Source: an uncultured virus (IMG/VR IMGVR_UViG_3300029305_005254)
Lineage: Duplodnaviria > Heunggongvirae > Uroviricota > Caudoviricetes
DNA length: 64,000 nucleotides
Direction: 5' to 3' (one strand)
Virus record (IMG/VR): IMGVR_UViG_3300029305_005254
The position numbers and the translations under genes were made by a program. This document shows, piece by piece, positions 60,280 through 64,000 of the stretch (position 1 is its first letter; each line of letters begins with the position of its first letter). The notes under the pieces were generated by a model. The model did no database searches and was not told the DNA's origin. It saw only the letters and a program-made list of their open reading frames with translations.

Positions 60280-61437
60280 TTACTCAGCTAAAATACTTGC
60301 ACCAATAATATTGAGTAGTCTTGGAGATACCTTCTGACCATCTATCTCAGGTAACTCAACAAGCTCAGTGTTTGGTGAAATCTCCTTCATAAAGGATACT
60401 ATGTAGTTAGCAGTAGGTTCAATACCATCTGAACCTTCAGCTCCTCCACCACATACAAGAATATTAGATATCATATCTACAGACATCATATTCTCCTCAA
60501 AGAACTGCTGTACTGCATCTACAAGCTGTCTAGAAACATCTGCCTTAGCTGCTGATATCTCCTCACGAATATCATATACCTTAGAACCACTCTTAATCTT
60601 TCCTACCTCGCAACCCTTTCTAATTGCACTGTCAGGTAAGTTAATGTTTTTAGCCTTAAGCATAGTTCTTACACGCTGATGAACATTGTTTCCACCAATT
60701 GTTCTTGTAAAACGTGAAGATGTAACGATAGACTGCCCCTTTGCCAATACAAAGTCTGTAGTTCCTGCACCAATATCAATAATCAATGTATAAGTCTCTG
60801 GGTCTGCAAGATATGCGTAACCTGATCTAACCTTTGACTTAGACTCCAAAAGAACTCCAATGTAGGCACAATAACCCTCTGGGTACACCTTTATACCATT
60901 TATTGTAATCTCTCTTGTAAGCTTTGGCATAATGAAATCAATCTCAGTTATACTTCTTGCAAGTTCTGCGAGAAGCTTTGCACCTGCATCAATATCCTCT
61001 GGTGGCAATAAAAGCACCAAATCCCAAGTAACATTGATAGACTCTAAATCTGAGTCTGTGAACTCTGCAACATCTTCATAACCTCTTCTGAAACCATTAA
61101 TAATAGCTAACTTAGATGCTAAAGAAGAATACTTCTTGCAAAGAGCTGTAGGTCTCATAGATAAAGAATCAAATTCTGCGTTAGAAATCTCTCCATTGCA
61201 ATATACAACATCTTTACCTTCATTGTTCTTACCCTTAAATATACAAGAATCTTCTTCTGTATAAATCTGGGAATTCAAGTACACCTGTACCTTCTCCTCT
61301 GGCATTGTACAATAACGATTGTCAAGCACAGAAGTCTTTTTTCTAGGCTTACCTTTAGCATTTACCCCATACTGAGTTGTTACTCTTGTCTGAGAGTTTC
61401 CTAAGTCAATGGTAAGCTTAGCTACTCCATCTACCAT
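60280..61437 (-). CDS. parM: ParM/StbA-like actin ATPase
   Basis: IDLGNSQT, VYPEG, IDIGAGTTD, LVCGGGA, NIIGA. Confidence 0.85.
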   Translation of the reverse strand: MVDGVAKLTIDLGNSQTRVTTQYGVNAKGKPRKKTSVLDNRYCTMPEEKVQVYLNSQIYTEEDSCIFKGKNNEGKDVVYCNGEISNAEFDSLSMRPTALCKKYSSLASKLAIINGFRRGYEDVAEFTDSDLESINVTWDLVLLLPPEDIDAGAKLLAELARSITEIDFIMPKLTREITINGIKVYPEGYCAYIGVLLESKSKVRSGYAYLADPETYTLIIDIGAGTTDFVLAKGQSIVTSSRFTRTIGGNNVHQRVRTMLKAKNINLPDSAIRKGCEVGKIKSGSKVYDIREEISAAKADVSRQLVDAVQQFFEENMMSVDMISNILVCGGGAEGSDGIEPTANYIVSFMKEISPNTELVELPEIDGQKVSPRLLNIIGASILAE

Positions 61438-61476
61438 CCTTGTTTACCTCCTAGTAGTATATTTATTTATATTTAT

Positions 61477-61485
61477 ATTATACCA
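61477..61485 (-). promoter_or_regulatory. Extended -10 promoter of the parM operon
   Basis: TGGTATAAT upstream of the GGAGG RBS. Confidence 0.55.
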
Positions 61486-61506
61486 TAATTAAATACTGAG
61501 AACTAC

Positions 61507-62976
61507 TCATTCTAAATAAAAAGTTAATAATCCTCGATCTAATATTGGTAATATTAAACCTGTCTCAAAAGTAAGTTTAGGATCAAAACACTTAACTGGA
61601 ATACCATTAACAAGGTACTCTGCATAGTTTGCTCCTGACCTCTTATGCTCTATCTTACTTCCTGTGTACCTAATATAAGTTCTATTCTGACTTAAACAAT
61701 AAATATTGTCTTCAGCAATACTATATGCATTTCTATTTACAAATAAGGACATATTGACAACGTCTATTATTTTCCTAGACCAATCACTATCTACCTCAAC
61801 TTGTTTACATATATTATTACAATCCTTAAATAAAGCTTTACTTGGTATCATATCTTTTATACCAAAAGCAGAAGAGTGACCTAAACAAGTAAATTTACTT
61901 AAAAGACCTTCTCTGTAATTTAAACCATTTATATTCCCCCTGAAACTAGCTCGTTTTATAAACTTACCATCTTCTCCTTCAGCTATCATATAACAAATAA
62001 CAGAGTGTTCACCATCTAAATGTTTACTTGCAACTAAACCTACAAAGCTGGATAGATATTCCTGATATTCTATAAAGTCTTTCTCGTTAAAATAACAAAC
62101 CCTTAAAGATGAGAATTCTACAGGGTTAATCACCTTTACCATCTCTTTTACAAGATTCTTCTGGGCATCCCTACAAGATAAATCTAGGTTACCCCTTCCC
62201 AACATAAAATCTACTACTTCTGACTCTCTATTAAATCTTAACATAGCATTTATTGCTGGAGAAAATTTAAAATCTACATAGTTTCTATCCATTTTAGGTA
62301 AACCAAAACCATAATCTATCTCACCCATTGTTCCATCTATAAGATACTTTATGTACCCTTTGTATTTAATTGTGTAAGTTTTATACAAATAGCTTTCTGC
62401 TAACGGGTTCTCTATATCTCTTATATCAGATAGTAAGGTAATGCCTACCAAAGCTCTGTTTTCATCTGTGTCAAACTCTGGGTCTAACTGAATTAGGGTC
62501 TCAAATACAACACCTGCCCCACTTAAATACCTACTATCCTCGTCTTCAAAAGGATATTGGTTATTTATAACTATTCCTCTTGTACCATAATCTGAAAGAT
62601 AGTCTATAAAATCTTGTCTGTTATGGTGGTGATCCATACTCACTATATTAACACCTGCGTCACATAACTCTATTATTTTATCAATAGTTATAATAAAATC
62701 AACTGCTATAATATCTCTACCACTAACTGCCTCTGTAGGTAAAGACCAATCGTGACTTCTATTACTATTTATGTAATAACTATATTTAATTCCGTGCTTT
62801 GCTAAATACCTGCAAACAAGTACTCCTGCTATACAACCATCTACATCTGGGTCAAAATAAACTATAACATCACGAAAAGAGTGGATTAAGTCCTTAAGAC
62901 TTGAATCCACCCCTCTAAAGATGTGGTTTTTTGTTTCACCTCTAGGTGTTAATTGTACCTTTCTAGGACTTAACAT
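61507..62976 (-). CDS. DHH-family phosphoesterase, RecJ-like ssDNA exonuclease
   Basis: DPDVDG, AVD, MDHH, LSGAGV, SPAINA, ASFR, GHSSAFG. Confidence 0.85.
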   Translation of the reverse strand: MLSPRKVQLTPRGETKNHIFRGVDSSLKDLIHSFRDVIVYFDPDVDGCIAGVLVCRYLAKHGIKYSYYINSNRSHDWSLPTEAVSGRDIIAVDFIITIDKIIELCDAGVNIVSMDHHHNRQDFIDYLSDYGTRGIVINNQYPFEDEDSRYLSGAGVVFETLIQLDPEFDTDENRALVGITLLSDIRDIENPLAESYLYKTYTIKYKGYIKYLIDGTMGEIDYGFGLPKMDRNYVDFKFSPAINAMLRFNRESEVVDFMLGRGNLDLSCRDAQKNLVKEMVKVINPVEFSSLRVCYFNEKDFIEYQEYLSSFVGLVASKHLDGEHSVICYMIAEGEDGKFIKRASFRGNINGLNYREGLLSKFTCLGHSSAFGIKDMIPSKALFKDCNNICKQVEVDSDWSRKIIDVVNMSLFVNRNAYSIAEDNIYCLSQNRTYIRYTGSKIEHKRSGANYAEYLVNGIPVKCFDPKLTFETGLILPILDRGLLTFYLE

Positions 62977-63824
62977 TAATTTCCTCCACTTAATGCTGCA
63001 ACTGCTTTAAGGAAATTAGCTGCTCCAACACTTGCTTCCTCTAAAGCTTCCTGTGCCTCTTTATCAGCTTTTTCCTTAGCTTCTCTCTCTTCTTTTTCTC
63101 TTATCTCATCAAGATACTTCTGACGGGCTTCCTGTCTTCTTTGCTCCATAGCCTCAACTTTAGCTTTACGCTCTTCAACAACTTTTCTTGCCTTATCTAA
63201 CCCTGTGGAATCTATCATTATATCCTTAATAGGCTTCTTAGCTGTGAAGTTAGTTTCATCTTCCATTAACACACATACTGCACAAAGAACATCTTTATTG
63301 TAAACATAACCTGTGTCCTTATCAGTATATAACTTCTCTGTAAAACCATTAAGCTTCTTGCTATCAAACTTTAAAAGCTTCTTCCCTGCAAAATTAACAT
63401 TATTACATCTCTGCATAGGAGTGCCATCAAAGCAACATACCCCTGCAACTAAACAAGCTAATACACAATCATCATCAAGATTAATAAATCTTACATCTGC
63501 CTCTATACCCTCATAGAAAGCCAATTCCTTACATAATACTATAATTAATGGGTTCTCTTCAGTATCCTGAATCATTTTGTAGGTGATATTACCTTTTCTT
63601 CCTGTAGGCTTACCTACTCTATATGTAGTATCTAACTTATCTGGCTCTACTACTAAACCATTTAAGAAAAGATTCTTCTCTGTAGAATTAGAATCTACAT
63701 TAACAACCTTACCATCGCTAGTTAAAGCTAAAAAGCCTTCACTAACATCCTCTCTTGAAATAGTTACCTTACCATTATTATAGGATTTCATATAATCCTT
63801 ACCTAACATATTGCAAAAATACAT
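62976..63824 (-). CDS. Hypothetical protein with C-terminal coiled coil
   Basis: GGAGG RBS; coupled to the DHH gene. Confidence 0.7.
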   Translation of the reverse strand: MYFCNMLGKDYMKSYNNGKVTISREDVSEGFLALTSDGKVVNVDSNSTEKNLFLNGLVVEPDKLDTTYRVGKPTGRKGNITYKMIQDTEENPLIIVLCKELAFYEGIEADVRFINLDDDCVLACLVAGVCCFDGTPMQRCNNVNFAGKKLLKFDSKKLNGFTEKLYTDKDTGYVYNKDVLCAVCVLMEDETNFTAKKPIKDIMIDSTGLDKARKVVEERKAKVEAMEQRRQEARQKYLDEIREKEEREAKEKADKEAQEALEEASVGAANFLKAVAALSGGN

Positions 63825-63898
63825 ATCGGTTACCTCCTAAACTTTTGTATACTGTAAGTATAACATATTTCAAAATCTAATAAAACTCCTTCACATTT

Positions 63899-64000
63899 CT
63901 AATGTGATTTTTTCATAAACCTACCACTAATTTTTCTTCCACTGTTTAATTCAGCTTCATATATAACATCCTCCATTTCCTGAGGAGTGGTAGCCTTTAA
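63899..64000 (-). CDS. 3' end of a CDS entering from outside the window (...LKATTPQEMEDVIYEAELNSGRKISGRFMKKSH)
   Basis: Open frame from the window edge to TAG at 63899. Confidence 0.55.
   Translation of the reverse strand, partial: LKATTPQEMEDVIYEAELNSGRKISGRFMKKSH

Larger units (their letters stand above)
1..64000 (-). mobile_element. Segment of a large, probably conjugative extrachromosomal element (megaplasmid or giant ICE) of a Firmicutes host; both ends lie outside the window
   Basis: All genes co-oriented; VirB4-like and FtsK-like ATPases, ParM, ArdC and orphan MTase present; many hypothetical proteins; no housekeeping or virion genes seen. Confidence 0.75.

Noticed and set aside
61455..61480. 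ATTTAT repeats upstream of parM as a parC centromere
   Set aside because: Only three short low-complexity copies in very AT-rich DNA
121..63783. All plus-strand ORFs in the track (60-136 aa)
   Set aside because: Each lies antisense to a longer minus-strand gene, lacks a convincing RBS and has the Ser/Leu/Ile-rich composition typical of shadow ORFs
1..64000. Jumbo phage or prophage interpretation
   Set aside because: No capsid, portal, terminase, tail or lysis cassette is recognisable, and VirB4, coupling ATPase, ParM and ArdC favour a conjugative replicon; not fully excluded outside the window
1..64000. CRISPR array, tRNA, rRNA, IS/transposase, integrase, reverse transcriptase
   Set aside because: No regularly spaced repeats, cloverleaf or relevant catalytic motifs seen; intergenic gaps are too short for arrays

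Overview
AT-rich window with about 65 tightly packed genes, all on the minus strand, carrying Firmicutes-type GGAGG ribosome-binding sites and SigA-type promoters. There are no rRNA, tRNA, ribosomal-protein or core metabolic genes, and no capsid, terminase, integrase or relaxase is recognisable. It reads as part of a large self-transmissible extrachromosomal element (megaplasmid or giant ICE) of a low-GC Gram-positive host. Four modules are visible. (i) A divergent conjugation-like region at about 1.9-25.9 kb: VirB4-like ATPase, FtsK/TcpA-like coupling ATPase, a 1664-aa polytopic protein, a C39-like hydrolase and a family of paralogous two-TM proteins. (ii) DNA replication/repair accessories: DnaX, SNF2 helicase, 5'-3' flap exonuclease, DHH/RecJ-like nuclease, PC4/YdbC, SpoVG, tandem HU-like protein and a probably inactive family-A polymerase-like protein. 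(iii) A ParM-type actin partition operon. (iv) Cargo: sigma-70 factor, ArdC, orphan methyltransferase, PLP enzyme, signal peptidase and an FHA-PP2C-Ser/Thr kinase-Ig-repeat cassette. The best unannotated signal is a roughly 74-nt promoter-to-terminator small RNA at 55801-55874. Its hairpin loop is complementary to the translation-initiation regions of parM, the downstream RHH-like gene and an apparently abundant unknown protein. All product calls come from motif reading by eye; no database search was run.
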